Notes under the pieces: generated by a model
What the model was told of the DNA's origin: nothing
Database searches by the model: none
Seen by the model: only the letters and a program-made list of their open reading frames with translations
In this document: positions 9,584 to 21,082 of the stretch, piece by piece
Layout of the letters: each line of letters starts with the position of its first letter
Position numbering within the stretch: position 1 is the first letter of the stretch
Made by a program: the position numbers and the translations under genes
DNA from: a virus
DNA: 64,000 nucleotides
Reading direction: 5' to 3' (one strand)
Virus record (IMG/VR): IMGVR_UViG_3300017991_000052

Positions 9584-10861
9584 ATGGCACAAGGATTTTT
9601 AAGAGATAAAAGTTTTGATGAGATAACATTATCTGATAATTGTAATTATGCTTCGGGTATTGTCACTGTTGGCGCGGGAGGCGGGGATGTAACAATAGAT
9701 TTACCATTCGACTGGACAGATGGATATTTAGAAGTACATCAAACTGATACAGAAGCTTCTCCTATTGATGGGACAACAGGACATATAATGTATGTAAAAA
9801 CTTCTTATAATGAATTAACAAATGCAACTTATACTAATCATCAAACAGTTTATATGCCAAATACTGGATATGGTGCTTCAGTTATTAAAAGCACTGCTTC
9901 CCCTGGTTGGCCAAAATCAGCAACTCCTACAAGTTTTACGTTAAATGATGATGGTGCAAATACATGTTATGTAAAATGGTTTGTCTGGGCTCCAAAATCA
10001 ACAACAATAACTATGAATTCAGTAATGGGAAAAATTACACAAGGTTCTGGTGTACCAGCTACAGTTCCAGAATTAATTGGTGATATGTATTTTGATCAAC
10101 AAACTGGAAAAATGTATGTAGCAACAGGAACAAGTGGAACTTATAATTGGGCGTTAATGGCACAAGGCGCAACAGATAGTTTTACAAAAGATTCAGTGCC
10201 TGGAATTATAAATTGGTGGAAAGCAGATGGAACACTTACAAAAGATGGTGGCAATGCTGTATCTCAATGGAATGATGAAACAGGAAATGGTGACCATATG
10301 GTACAGGCAACAAGTACAAATCAACCAACTTATACAGAAAATGTTATAAATGGTAGACCTGCTCTTTATTTTGATGGAAATGATTATTTAAGAAAAACAA
10401 GTGGATGTATAACAACTACTGTTCCCGCAACAATATTTATAGTACTTCTTTCTCCTAGTTCTTCTACAAATCAAGGAGTATTTGGTTCTTCCGATAATGC
10501 TTATGTATATGTTGGGTATCCTGTAGACGGATATGTTGGATATTTTCAATATAACAATTGGAATGGCGGGCCTGCTGTGCCTTCAACTTCATCAGCATAT
10601 CTTTATGTGGTAAATTGTACAGGTGTTGCAAATACTGGATATATGGAAACAAATAGTGGAGCAGATAAAACATTAATAGCAAATGCAAGTAGTTATGGAT
10701 TATTTACGGCAACAAGCAGAACAATTGGTGCAAATTCTAATACACTTGGTGACCCTTTTACTGGATATATTGCAGAAATAATTGGGTATAGAGGGAATTT
10801 AACAGATACAAATAAAAATATTGTTAAGAATTATCTTAACTCAAAATATGCACTTTACTAA
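9584..10861 (+). CDS. Receptor-binding protein: one repeat domain plus concanavalin-like domain
   Basis: LPFDWTDG..YVKWFVWAP repeat; WWKAD...VSQWND..GNG...INGRPALYFDG...GYIAEIIGY...YLNSKY. Confidence 0.7.
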   Translation: MAQGFLRDKSFDEITLSDNCNYASGIVTVGAGGGDVTIDLPFDWTDGYLEVHQTDTEASPIDGTTGHIMYVKTSYNELTNATYTNHQTVYMPNTGYGASVIKSTASPGWPKSATPTSFTLNDDGANTCYVKWFVWAPKSTTITMNSVMGKITQGSGVPATVPELIGDMYFDQQTGKMYVATGTSGTYNWALMAQGATDSFTKDSVPGIINWWKADGTLTKDGGNAVSQWNDETGNGDHMVQATSTNQPTYTENVINGRPALYFDGNDYLRKTSGCITTTVPATIFIVLLSPSSSTNQGVFGSSDNAYVYVGYPVDGYVGYFQYNNWNGGPAVPSTSSAYLYVVNCTGVANTGYMETNSGADKTLIANASSYGLFTATSRTIGANSNTLGDPFTGYIAEIIGYRGNLTDTNKNIVKNYLNSKYALY

Positions 10862-10873
10862 TAAGGAGGATAT

Positions 10874-11407
10874 ATGGGCGACATAAAATATAAAGCAGGT
10901 GATGTCGTTCTAGTTGAGCATTTTAATTTAATAGCATGGATTATAAAATTAGGGAATTTATGGACAAGATTATTTGATCCTGAAAAAGTTGGAATAAATT
11001 ATAATCATATAGGAATAATGATAAGTGAAAAACATATTGTTGAAGCATTAGGGAATGGTGTTATAATGAGACCGTTTCCATATAAGAAAAATTTTGCTGT
11101 ATATAGAAAAAAAAATCTTACAGTAAATTCAAGAGAAATATTAAAATCAGCGGCATTAGATCAAGTTGGAGAAAAATATAGTTGGTTTTTAATTTGTGTA
11201 ATATGTATCCTTAAATTTCTTCGTATAGAATGGTTATTCACGGGGATTGGATATACCGGAAAAATATGTTCAGTTGTTGTAGCAAAATGCTATGAAAAAC
11301 TAGGATATTTATTTAAAAGAAATGAATGTGTAGATGTTATAGATCCGGGGGATATTGCAGAACATGTTATGATTTCTGAAGAATGGACAAAGGTGGAAGT
11401 GAGGTGA
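10874..11407 (+). CDS. Permuted papain-like amidase (YaeF/YiiX, NlpC/P60 superfamily)
   Basis: GDVVL...NHIGI...VEALG.GV...Y...ICS.VV..CY; His precedes Cys, the permuted order. Confidence 0.75.
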   Translation: MGDIKYKAGDVVLVEHFNLIAWIIKLGNLWTRLFDPEKVGINYNHIGIMISEKHIVEALGNGVIMRPFPYKKNFAVYRKKNLTVNSREILKSAALDQVGEKYSWFLICVICILKFLRIEWLFTGIGYTGKICSVVVAKCYEKLGYLFKRNECVDVIDPGDIAEHVMISEEWTKVEVR

Positions 11408-11411
11408 ATCA

Positions 11412-11924
11412 ATGGTAGAATCTAACCAAAGAATAAAACTTACAGACAATTTTAATTTTGAAGAGTATTTTGTAAGTAGTAACTATCCAGGACTTGCTGA
11501 AGATGCTTACAAAGAAGTTTTAGATGATGATTTAATTCGTAGAAAACTTTCACATCATGCAACTCTTTGTGCACAGCCTATAAGAGATCATGTTGGAAGT
11601 TCTGTTTCTATAACTAGTGGTTATAGAAGTAAAGAATTAAATGAAAAAATTGGAGGGTCATCTTCAAGCGACCATATGAAGGCATTGGCAGGAGACCTTG
11701 TGGTTGACAAATATTTAGGAAATACTGAAGAAATGAAAAAAGTTTTTCAGTGGGCAATTGACAACCTTTGTTATAGACAAATAATTTGGTATCCACAAGA
11801 TGATGATAAATTTATTCATACTTCAATAAATTGGCCTGGAGTTTCCTATAAACATGAAGCGCGGGTAAAATGGAACGGTGAGTATATGTTAGCAAAAGAT
11901 TTTTTTAAGGGAGGTTATGTATAA
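11412..11924 (+). CDS. Endolysin, peptidase M15A family
   Basis: LTDNF..EE...IRD..G.SV.ITSGYRS.ELN..IGG...SDHM...AGD...FIH. Confidence 0.85.
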   Translation: MVESNQRIKLTDNFNFEEYFVSSNYPGLAEDAYKEVLDDDLIRRKLSHHATLCAQPIRDHVGSSVSITSGYRSKELNEKIGGSSSSDHMKALAGDLVVDKYLGNTEEMKKVFQWAIDNLCYRQIIWYPQDDDKFIHTSINWPGVSYKHEARVKWNGEYMLAKDFFKGGYV

Positions 11925-12109
11925 TGTGGGAGAAAATTAAAGAATGGGCAGGAATAATAGGTTCGATTTTGTTAATGATTCTAACATTGGGATTTTTCAA
12001 GAAGCAGGAGGATAAGAAAAATGTTGAAAAAAAGTCTAACGCGTCTGTTAATACTGCTGTTAATCGTAGCAAATCTGCAAGGCGCAAGCGTCTCAAAAAC
12101 CCTTTATGA
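11924..12109 (+). CDS. Small membrane protein (holin- or inner-spanin-like)
   Basis: One N-terminal TM segment and a basic tail; directly follows the endolysin. Confidence 0.5.
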   Translation: MWEKIKEWAGIIGSILLMILTLGFFKKQEDKKNVEKKSNASVNTAVNRSKSARRKRLKNPL

Positions 12110-12386
12110 TGATACTATTGAACGATTGAAAGTTCGATATGGGTCAACTTATAATAGAAAAATAAATCCTCATTTTTTAGAGTATTCTTTAGTAACAGGA
12201 AATGTAGAATATTCAGCATTAATAGATGAAGATTATGAGATCTTTATTGATACATTAATGCAAAGAATGCAGGATATTGAAATGGAAGATTTAGAACCAA
12301 AAAAAATTGAATGGTATGAATCAAAAGAATTTGGATTTGTAGTTGGAGTCTTGACGTCATATGCTATTTATAGCACTGTGAAATAA
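12021..12386 (+). CDS. Secreted/membrane lysis accessory protein (spanin-like)
   Basis: Signal peptide, C-terminal hydrophobic segment; overlaps the previous ORF out of frame. Confidence 0.45.
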   Translation: MLKKSLTRLLILLLIVANLQGASVSKTLYDDTIERLKVRYGSTYNRKINPHFLEYSLVTGNVEYSALIDEDYEIFIDTLMQRMQDIEMEDLEPKKIEWYESKEFGFVVGVLTSYAIYSTVK

Positions 12387-12409
12387 AGTTCCTTCTATTA
12401 TATATTAAC

Positions 12410-12438
12410 GGGGAGGTAGTGTAAATTACCTCCCTTGT
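12410..12438 (+). terminator. Hairpin terminator ending the structural/lysis operon
   Basis: GGGGAGGTAGT-GTAA-ATTACCTCCCT stem with GNRA tetraloop; short U tail. Confidence 0.7.
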
Positions 12439-12465
12439 GGTGTCTATATGATCAGAAAATAGTTG

Positions 12466-12494
12466 TTTAAATCCTTTCATTTTTACAGTATAAT
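12466..12494 (+). promoter_or_regulatory. Early promoter P1
   Basis: TTTAAA-17 bp (ending CAG)-TATAAT. Confidence 0.75.
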
Positions 12495-12793
12495 ATACTA
12501 ACAAATTAAGAAAGGAGATCACAATGACAGAACAACAAGAAAAAGAGATAAAAGTATTTGGAACAACAATAGAACATATAGAAGATTCTATTCAAAATTT
12601 TGATGGTAAGATATCATTTGCATTTTCAGTATTAAGTGATTCTCAAGAACTTATAGGGATGGGTGATCATGAATCTGCGAGACAGCATATCAATATAGCA
12701 AAGTATCTTTTGGGTGATGTATTAGATGATGAAAAAGTTAAGAAATATGGTCCTGAATATTCAAGGTTATACGGGAGAGATAAAAAATAACAG

Positions 12794-12822
12794 TTTAAAT
12801 TGGAAAGAAAGCACAGTATATT
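12794..12822 (+). promoter_or_regulatory. Early promoter P2
   Basis: TTTAAA-17 bp (ending CAG)-TATATT. Confidence 0.7.
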
Positions 12823-14053
12823 AAAGTAACAAAAAAAGGAGAGAACAATGAGAAAAGGAATAGCACATTTATATTGGCCAGGGTTAAGTAGATGTGGAAA
12901 TAAAAGAGGATATGATGTTGAATGTGAGATACTTAATTTTAAAAAATCTGGTTACGGAGAAGGCGGAAGAAATTATTATGGTGATCGTTATCTTATTAAG
13001 TACAAACCGAAGACACATAGCACAAAAAATGGATATAGGAAACAATGGGTAGATACAAATCAAGTAAAAGAAATAAAGGAGATATAAAATGAAAGTACTA
13101 CATGTAAATATTGGATCAAGGAAAGCAACGAAAAGGTTTGATGATAGTGTAAGCGATGAAGCGATTATGAAGGAACTTAATGAATTAATAGAAAAAGATT
13201 CTTGGGTAAGTTATGATGGTAATAGATTATTCAATGGAACTTTAATAACAAAGGAGTAAAACAATGAAGAAAGTAAAAGTATTAGATTTAGAACAAGCAG
13301 TAGCACAAGTTTTGGATTGCAGAATGAATCACAGAGCTATGTATCCAGGAGAAAAAATATCTAAATTAATAGAATATATGTTAGATGGTAAAGATAAAAC
13401 TTTAAAAACTTTGAAAGAAAAAAAGAAAGAAGATGAACAAGATTTTAATTATTATTATGGCGAAGATTTTCTCGACAAATTAGAGACATTTTTTGATGTT
13501 TACGAAAATAGAAAAGTACTGAGTGGGAATAACGAGTTTGATATAGTTATTTCTAATTATCAATCTTTTAACTATGGGAATTATCAAGAACTTAAAAAAG
13601 CTAATTTGCTTTATTTAATTAGAGAATTTGATGATTATTTTAGAGGGGATATTAAGAAAATTTATAAAGTGTATACTAAATGGACTATAATTGAAACTTA
13701 TAAAGATGATGAAGGAAAAAAGTTTTATAGTACAGAATATACTTCTAATTGTTTTGATAATTTCGAAGATGCTTTATTTTATGCAATGAATGAGCATCAA
13801 GCTGAAGCGATGGGAATACTTTATAAAGCAAAGGAGGTATAGTTATGAGAAAGTCGGCAGCTGAAGCGATAGCAAATCATTTTATGATGGAGGTAAAGTT
13901 GGCATCAGGAAGAGTAGAAGAGTGGTATAAAACAGCAACTCCCGCGGCAAAGTCAAAAGCACGAGATAGATTAGCACAATTATCAATTGAATTACATAAG
14001 TTAGCAGCATACTTAAAAGATCATGACATAAGAGATCGTAAATAAAATAGTTA

Positions 14054-14082
14054 TTTAAGTTGAAAGAAATTTACAGTATATT
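14054..14082 (+). promoter_or_regulatory. Early promoter P3
   Basis: TTTAAG-17 bp (ending CAG)-TATATT. Confidence 0.65.
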
Positions 14083-15334
14083 TAAATATCAAATAATAGG
14101 AGAATAAAATGTCAAGAACAATGGAATTATTAGATCAAATGAAATACTATTGTATTGATTTAAAAATAAGAGATGAAAGAACAGTAGCAAGTTTTATAAG
14201 GAAAATAAAACGAGCTGCAAAAAAGGAAATCAAAAATGTTAATTAGTGCAAGATGTAAATGCGGGAATGATAATAAAAATAATTTTTTTGAATATGAAGG
14301 ATCTCTTGGATATGAAGCAATAATTTGTAAAGAATGTTGTGGATATTTTGATAATGATGGAGAACATGAGGCTGATGAATGGAGCAAAGAATTTGTTAAA
14401 AATAGAAAAAAATATGAAGGGAGTAAAGACAATGAAAAAGCAAAGTAAAAATTATACAGCAAAGGATATTCCAGTTTTAAAAGAACAAAAAAAAGAAATG
14501 AAAAAACAAGCTCAAGAAACGAGGAATAAGATAAGAAAACTTGAAAAGAAAGTAGAAAAACTTGAAGAGAAAGCTGATAGTTTTGATGAAAAAGCAGAAA
14601 AAATACAAAATCTTATAGGGCAATTAAGGATTGGCGAAAGTGATGTAATTGTTGGCGATGTAGTAGCTTATATTGTAAATGATAAAGTTCGTTATGGTGT
14701 TGTTGAAAGTATAGCTTTCGATCCTTACGATAAAAAAATAGAATACAAAGTAGTTAGAATTAAGGTGAATATGGATATTCGCTACAATAATAACTCATAT
14801 GATAATTATGAGAATTTAAATCGTAAGGATTTTAAACGTTATATGACAGCTAGGCAACGCGATGAACATCTGCGAAAAATGGAAGTTGAGGAACGGGAAA
14901 AGAAATTAACTAAGCAGGAAAGAGCTCAAAAGAAATTTGATAATATTAAAGAAGCTAAAGATATGCCAGTTGAAATAAAGGATGAGGCTATCTAAAGCCA
15001 ATATTACAGACACAGGGGGGGTGTGAGATGATCATAATCAGGAGTTTATTAATAGTTTCATTAGCTTGGTTTGTTTACATTATATATAAAAAGCCTGTTA
15101 AATTAAGTTATCTGATTGCGAGATGGTCGATTGTTGGAATACTGAGTGGATTATTAGTAAGTACATTTTAAGGAGCGGGAAAGGGGTAAAGTCATGAAAA
15201 GTTATACACCAGTTATGATCAAGATCGCAGAAAAGTTAGGAAGAAGTCTGAGTAATATTAGAAAAACAAAGCAATTTGATTATGTAATGAAATTTGATTT
15301 TGTTGATATTAATGTAAAGTACGCACTTAATTAG

Positions 15335-15363
15335 TTTAAATTTTAATTTTTTTGCAGTATATT
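15335..15363 (+). promoter_or_regulatory. Early promoter P4
   Basis: TTTAAA-17 bp (ending CAG)-TATATT. Confidence 0.7.
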
Positions 15364-16178
15364 AATGAAGAGGTAAAAACAATGATTTATGAAGAAAAAG
15401 AAATTGATGAATATAATGAAGAAGAATTGAAAGCAATTTTTGGATAAAGGAAAGTAAAATGATAAAAGAAAAATATGAAAAAATAACTGGAAAAGAGCTT
15501 CCTATAAAATCAAAGATGGAACCATATATTTCTTCAATAAAATTAACTCTTGATCAATTTTATAAAATACATAAAGGATTCACGGGTTGTGGATGGGGAA
15601 GAGTAATAAATTTACCTTGTGATTATTATTGTACAAAAAATGAAAACGAATTAATTGAAGTATATGGTACAAGAAATTTAGGACATAAAACTGATATTTT
15701 TTTACTTACAAAATAAAGGAGAGTAAAATGAGTACGCGAGCAAATATAATAATTAAAGATGAATATGAAGAATTAATTTTTTATAGACATTCTGATGGAT
15801 ATCCCGAAGGAACAATGCCAACATTAAAGAAATTTCTTAATCTTGTTAAAAGTGGAAAAATAAGAGATGATGCAAGTCAAGCGGCTGGATGGTTAATAAT
15901 AATTGGACATGAAGAATATTTAAAAGATTTTAGAGGAGAGACTAAACCATTTGGGACAAAATTATTTAATAGTGAAAATGATAGACTTTCTGATTGGAAG
16001 GTTGGAGCATATGAACCAACTTCTCAAATTCATGGTGATATTGAATATCTTTATACGGTTGATCTTGAAAAGAAAGAAATAACCTATAAAAAAGTTTAAA
16101 GGAGGGATAAATATGAATGAAGATGTCGAATTACATGATATTGAAATTGAAAGCTTAACCCTATTTGATATTTTATAA

Positions 16179-16207
16179 TTGTACTTTCCCGATAAAAGTG
16201 TTATAAT
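16179..16207 (+). promoter_or_regulatory. Sigma70-like promoter, extended -10
   Basis: TTGTAC-17 bp-TATAAT with TGn. Confidence 0.6.
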
Positions 16208-17076
16208 ATCAAGCAAAGGGGGGATGGCAATGAGACTAAACAAAGAGCAGTTGAAGATCATTGAAGAAGATATGTTAGAGATTGAAGAACCGCCATGTAC
16301 AAAAGGAGGGAAATGTGAATATTTTGATAAGTGTAGTAATGAGGCTTTAGCATGTTTAAAATTTGTAGCATATGTTGCCAATAAAAAATTAGAGCAATAT
16401 AAAATATATCAAAGAAAAGGGGAGGATGTGGTTAGAACACCAACAAGAAAATTATATTTAAAAATGGTTTCAAATGAAGATTAAATGGGGGTATTTATGA
16501 AAATGTTAAGAGGGATTGTAAGAGTGCGGCGAAGATGGTGGGAACAAGTTTTATATTTTTTTAAGATCATAAACCGTTTTAATTATAAATATGAAACATT
16601 AGTTTTTTATGAAGGAGATCTTATAAATGTCGGTTATTGTGAAACAAAAAGAATCTAATAAAACACGTGATATATTTGCTAAAAGTATACAACAATACAA
16701 AGTTGCGAGATCATTCGCAAAAAGTCCTCATGAAATATTAGTAGCAACAACATATAGACAAACAATTCTATTATTAATGAAGAAATTTAAAAAAGCTGGA
16801 TTATTAAAGAAATGAAAAAATATTCAGTGCAACTTTTAAAAAGGTGTACTAAAAAAACATTAATAAATATTGTTTTGAAATTACAAAAGAAAGGAGATTG
16901 TGATGGCTGATTATATAAAAAATCCGGCCATAAGAGAGATTACAAAAGATATGCGCAAAAAGCCATGTAAGATTTGTGGTAAAGTAAAATTGATCCATAA
17001 ATATGATGCTTTTTGTAAGCGATGTAAATCTGCGGCAAATAGAATAAGTCGTGCAAATTCAAGTATATTTTACTAG

Positions 17077-17105
17077 TTTAAATTGCCCATAATTTACAGT
17101 ATAAT
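17077..17105 (+). promoter_or_regulatory. Early promoter P5
   Basis: TTTAAA-17 bp (ending CAG)-TATAAT. Confidence 0.75.
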
Positions 17106-17133
17106 AAGATATCAAATTAAGGGAGGGATTTAA

Positions 17134-17919
17134 ATGGCTGAAATAAGATTTTTATCAAAGGGAGATATAAGGAAGGTGGCACCAGCAGTTTTATCACATA
17201 ATGCTGCTGATTATGTTTCAAGTAAATATTCTTTTGTTCCTACTGATACAATTATTGATACATTAAATAAAGAAGGATGGGGAGTTACTAGTGTAACTCA
17301 ATCTAAACCTCTTAAGAAATATGTAGAACGTACAATGGTACAAAAACATATTGTAAGATTCAGAAATAAGGATGTTGATATTGAAGATAAAGAATATATA
17401 CCTGAAATAGTATTAGTAAATTCTCATGATCGAACAAAGAAATTTATGTTCTATGCAGGAATATTTAGGCTTGTATGCGAAAATGGATTAATAGTAGCAA
17501 CATCAACACTCGAAAGATTTGAACTGATTCATAAAAGCATTGAAAAAAATGAACTGCTTGGCGCGATCGAAAAGGTAATAAAAAGACTGAATTTAGTTAC
17601 TGGAAAAATTGATGAGATGAAAAAAGTAACATTGAGTCCTCAACAGCAATTAGCATTTGCAAAGAAAGCATTTGAAGTTAAATATGGACATTGTGTAACT
17701 CCATTACAGTCAAAGCAGCTTTTAGAAATTCGCAGGCCAGAAGATAATAAGAACGATCTTTGGACAAAATTCAATGTTATTCAAGAAAATGTTATGAAAG
17801 GCGGGATTGTTGGTAATAAAGAGAATGGTCGAAAAATAACAGCAAAGCCAATTACTAATGTTTTACGTATAGTAAAAGTAAATGAGAAACTTTGGGAATT
17901 AGCTGAATCATATGCATAA
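17134..17919 (+). CDS. DUF932/DUF945 family protein
   Basis: S.KY.FVPT..II..L..EGW...KHIVRFR...PEIVLVNSHD....F...AGIFRLVCENGLIV...RR.ED...DLW..FNVIQEN. Confidence 0.85.
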   Translation: MAEIRFLSKGDIRKVAPAVLSHNAADYVSSKYSFVPTDTIIDTLNKEGWGVTSVTQSKPLKKYVERTMVQKHIVRFRNKDVDIEDKEYIPEIVLVNSHDRTKKFMFYAGIFRLVCENGLIVATSTLERFELIHKSIEKNELLGAIEKVIKRLNLVTGKIDEMKKVTLSPQQQLAFAKKAFEVKYGHCVTPLQSKQLLEIRRPEDNKNDLWTKFNVIQENVMKGGIVGNKENGRKITAKPITNVLRIVKVNEKLWELAESYA

Positions 17920-20631
17920 ATAAAGGAGTGATAAACATGGGAAAAGTAAAGAAATACTATCAACTGAAACTTCAGGAAGATAAGATCAAAACAGAAAAGA
18001 ATGAGATCCGCAAAGAACTTATATCTGAGATCAAAAAGCTTCCAGGCAAAAATGAAGATAAATTTTTAATGGAAGATAATTTAAAAGCTGAAATTACTTA
18101 TAAGCGTTCTACAGTTTATGATAATCCAACTGAAACAAAGAAATATTTTGAAAAACTTGGATTAGGTGAATTAGTCAATGTAGAAATTAAATTTGATAAT
18201 AAAAAAATAGATGAACTTATTAAAAAAGGTAAGCTTAATAAAAAGGAAATAGACAAGATGCGTACAGTATCATGGACAAGTCCAACTTTATTTGTAGATG
18301 TGGTGGAGAAAGGATAAGATTAATGGAAAACAAAAAAAATGAAGTTGCTCATGTGCTATCAACGGTTTTAGGAAAAGCAGTTAGTGATATTAATTTGGTA
18401 ATTTTTTTAATGTTAATTATGTCTAATGATGAAAATCATAAAGATATAATAAATGAAATTACAAGTAATGTTAATAGGGATATTAATAATTTCACTAAGA
18501 AGCTTGTAAAAAATAAAGGGTTAATTCAAGTAGCTAGAGATATATTAGAGAATACAGAATTCGAAGATCATGATGAGAATAAAGTAATTGTTAAACTACA
18601 CGATAATTTCTCTAATATGATAAGCTTTAATTAAATTGGAGGTGGCTCACTAATGAATTTTTGATCAATAATAAACGGGGGATTTATGTGTATAATTTCA
18701 TATGAAGAAAAAATCGGCAATGAATTATTAGTTATCTATCCAGAAGAATATGTATATAGTAATAGATTAAGAGAGTTCGTAAAGATAAATAAAGAGAAAG
18801 CAGAACAGCATTTTAAAAAGCAAAAAGAATATATGAAGATCAGTAATTTTTTAGTATTTATTTGGTTTCAATTGGCAGAAAAACCTAAAGAGGTGATAGT
18901 ATTATGAATAATGAACATTGTGGTAAATATGCAAAATGTAATAATGCTGAGGGATGTGATGATTGTGAGTACAATGAAGAAGAAGAATAATATTCACGAA
19001 GATAAATCGATACATTTAACAGATGAACAATATACTTTCATTTTAAAGAAAGCTCGTAAGAATCTTGATAAAATCAAAAAGATAAAAATGGAAGATTCTA
19101 CTGAGATTGGTAATAAATATACTATAAGTAATGTAGGTCTATGTAACGACAGGCTTACCACCAGAGACACAGCGTTGCTGCCGGCTGAATTCCCCAGGAC
19201 AAGGTGGATGTTATATAGGGGAATGTCCCACAAGTGCCCGCTGGACGGTCGACAAAAACCATGTGATGTACAGGGATGGGGTGGTGGATGTTTCTATGAT
19301 TGTTTATTATTTAATAAGAAAGTAAAAACAATATCTGAGATCAAGGAATTATATGATAAAAGAATAAGGGAAATAAGTAATGGATAATGAGATAAAAACT
19401 TTACTTCAAGATATTATTAAAAGACCAAAAGAAATTGTAGAGATTATGAAAAAGCATAATATTATAATTGATAATTTAAATAATAAAATGCAGAAATATG
19501 CTTTCACTTTATATACAGATTTAGTTGAATATTCTAGTAGGGCCGAAAATCTACTTAAAGAAGCGGAGTAAAAATAAAGATGAAAAGAAAAACAATAAAA
19601 ATAAACATTGAAGCTACTCTTTCATACGAGATAAATGAATTTGATGATCTTAAATATGCAATACAAGATATAGAAGAAAAAGTAGAATCTTTACAAGAAC
19701 ATGGAGAAACAAAAATTTCTATTAATATAAGTGACAGGAAAAAATAATGAAATTTAAAATAAAAATGAGATTAATAAAATTACTTAATAAGTTTCCTAAA
19801 CTTCCAAAAGATGAAAATTGTTCTTATGCAAATGGTAATGGATATATTCAATGGAGTAAAGAAGAATATAATAATTTAAGAAATGAATTTTTAGATCTTG
19901 TAAAGGATAATCATCCTAGTTTAAAAAAGACAGTAAAAATAACTAAAGATATGGATTCTAATTTAGGAGTAATGGGAAGATGTCTTGATGATATGGATTC
20001 TATATTATATGCAGTATGGTGTAGATTTATGAAGATAGATAACCAACAAAGAGAATGGGGACAAACATATTATGCAATACATCCAGAGAAGGCAAGGAAA
20101 ACAATATGTCTGAACAAAAATTAATACCATTTCCTAGAAATTTAAAGATCAAATTTAGTCATGATTATCCTAAATTATGGGGACAAACTGTAGGTTATTT
20201 AATGGCTGTAGAAAAAATATTTTATGAAGATATTATGCAAGATCTTATAGAATATGATACTAAAATAAATGATGGAGAATATTATAAATTATATGGGAAT
20301 GAATTTTTAATATTATATTTTAGGGGGGAGAAATTAATTCCATTTTGTACTATTAGACCTTATAACAAAGAAAAAGAAGAATATTATAGATCAAATATAA
20401 ATAGGTGGTTCGACATAATAATAAAAAGGGGGTGAAATATGTTTAACTTCTTAAAGAAATTTGCAGAATCTAGAACTGCTTATACTATTGGTATGGTTTG
20501 TAATGGATTATTATTTTTTATGTCGATATTAATAGTATTAGCAGCTAGTGATAGATTAGAGGGATTATCTATATGTTTATTATTTGGTCTTAATACACTT
20601 ATATGTGTTAGTAATTTGGCAAGGATAGCTA

Positions 20632-20812
20632 AATAAGCTTATATGTGCAATTATATTAATAAGCTTATATATGCACATGATATAAAGCATAAGTATTAAT
20701 TAATAGCTTATACTTTAATTAATATTTTATACTTTTACTAAATTTCTATACTCTTACTTAATTAGTAGCTTAATATTTAACGTTATATATTAAGCATAAT
20801 AAGGATAATAAG
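20632..20812. repeat. AT-rich non-coding repeat/palindrome region (possible replication origin)
   Basis: AATAAGCTTATAT twice, ATGTGCA/TGCACAT inverted pair, TTAATTAA twice, TATACT three times. Confidence 0.45.
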
Positions 20813-21022
20813 ATGAATGTAAAAATAAAGACAAGCAGAATATTTAAATATTATGAAAATGAAGGATATGACATCGAATATGAAAAAGACAATGAGATCA
20901 AGATGACAAAATTCTCTATCAAACAAGGATTTGGGATCGGGAATTTTAAAAAAAGAGCTCTTGATTCGATGTATTTGACAATAACTTCCGATGGGGATGT
21001 GATTGATACACCATTTTAGTTA

Positions 21023-21051
21023 TTTACAATAAAAAATTTTTGTGTTATAAT
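21023..21051 (+). promoter_or_regulatory. Promoter for the replication operon
   Basis: TTTACA-17 bp-TATAAT with TGn extended -10. Confidence 0.75.
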
Positions 21052-21082
21052 TCATTCACAATTTTAAATGGGGAGGAAAAAC

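Larger units (their letters stand above)
12524..21019 (+). other. Cluster of about 30 small hypothetical early/host-takeover genes
   Basis: Densely packed + strand ORFs with SD sites, e.g. 12524-12790, 12848-13087, 13089-13259, 13264-13842, 13845-14045, 14236-14448, 14432-14995, 15459-15716, 15728-16099, 16224-16484, 16627-16815, 17937-18317, 18323-18634, 18686-18907, 18974-19387, 19380-19571, 19747-20124, 20106-20435, 20439-20636, 20813-21019. Confidence 0.7.

Noticed and set aside
1-10861. Diversity-generating retroelement acting on tail fibres
   Set aside because: No reverse transcriptase in the window, and the repeats differ at synonymous positions generally, not only at adenines.
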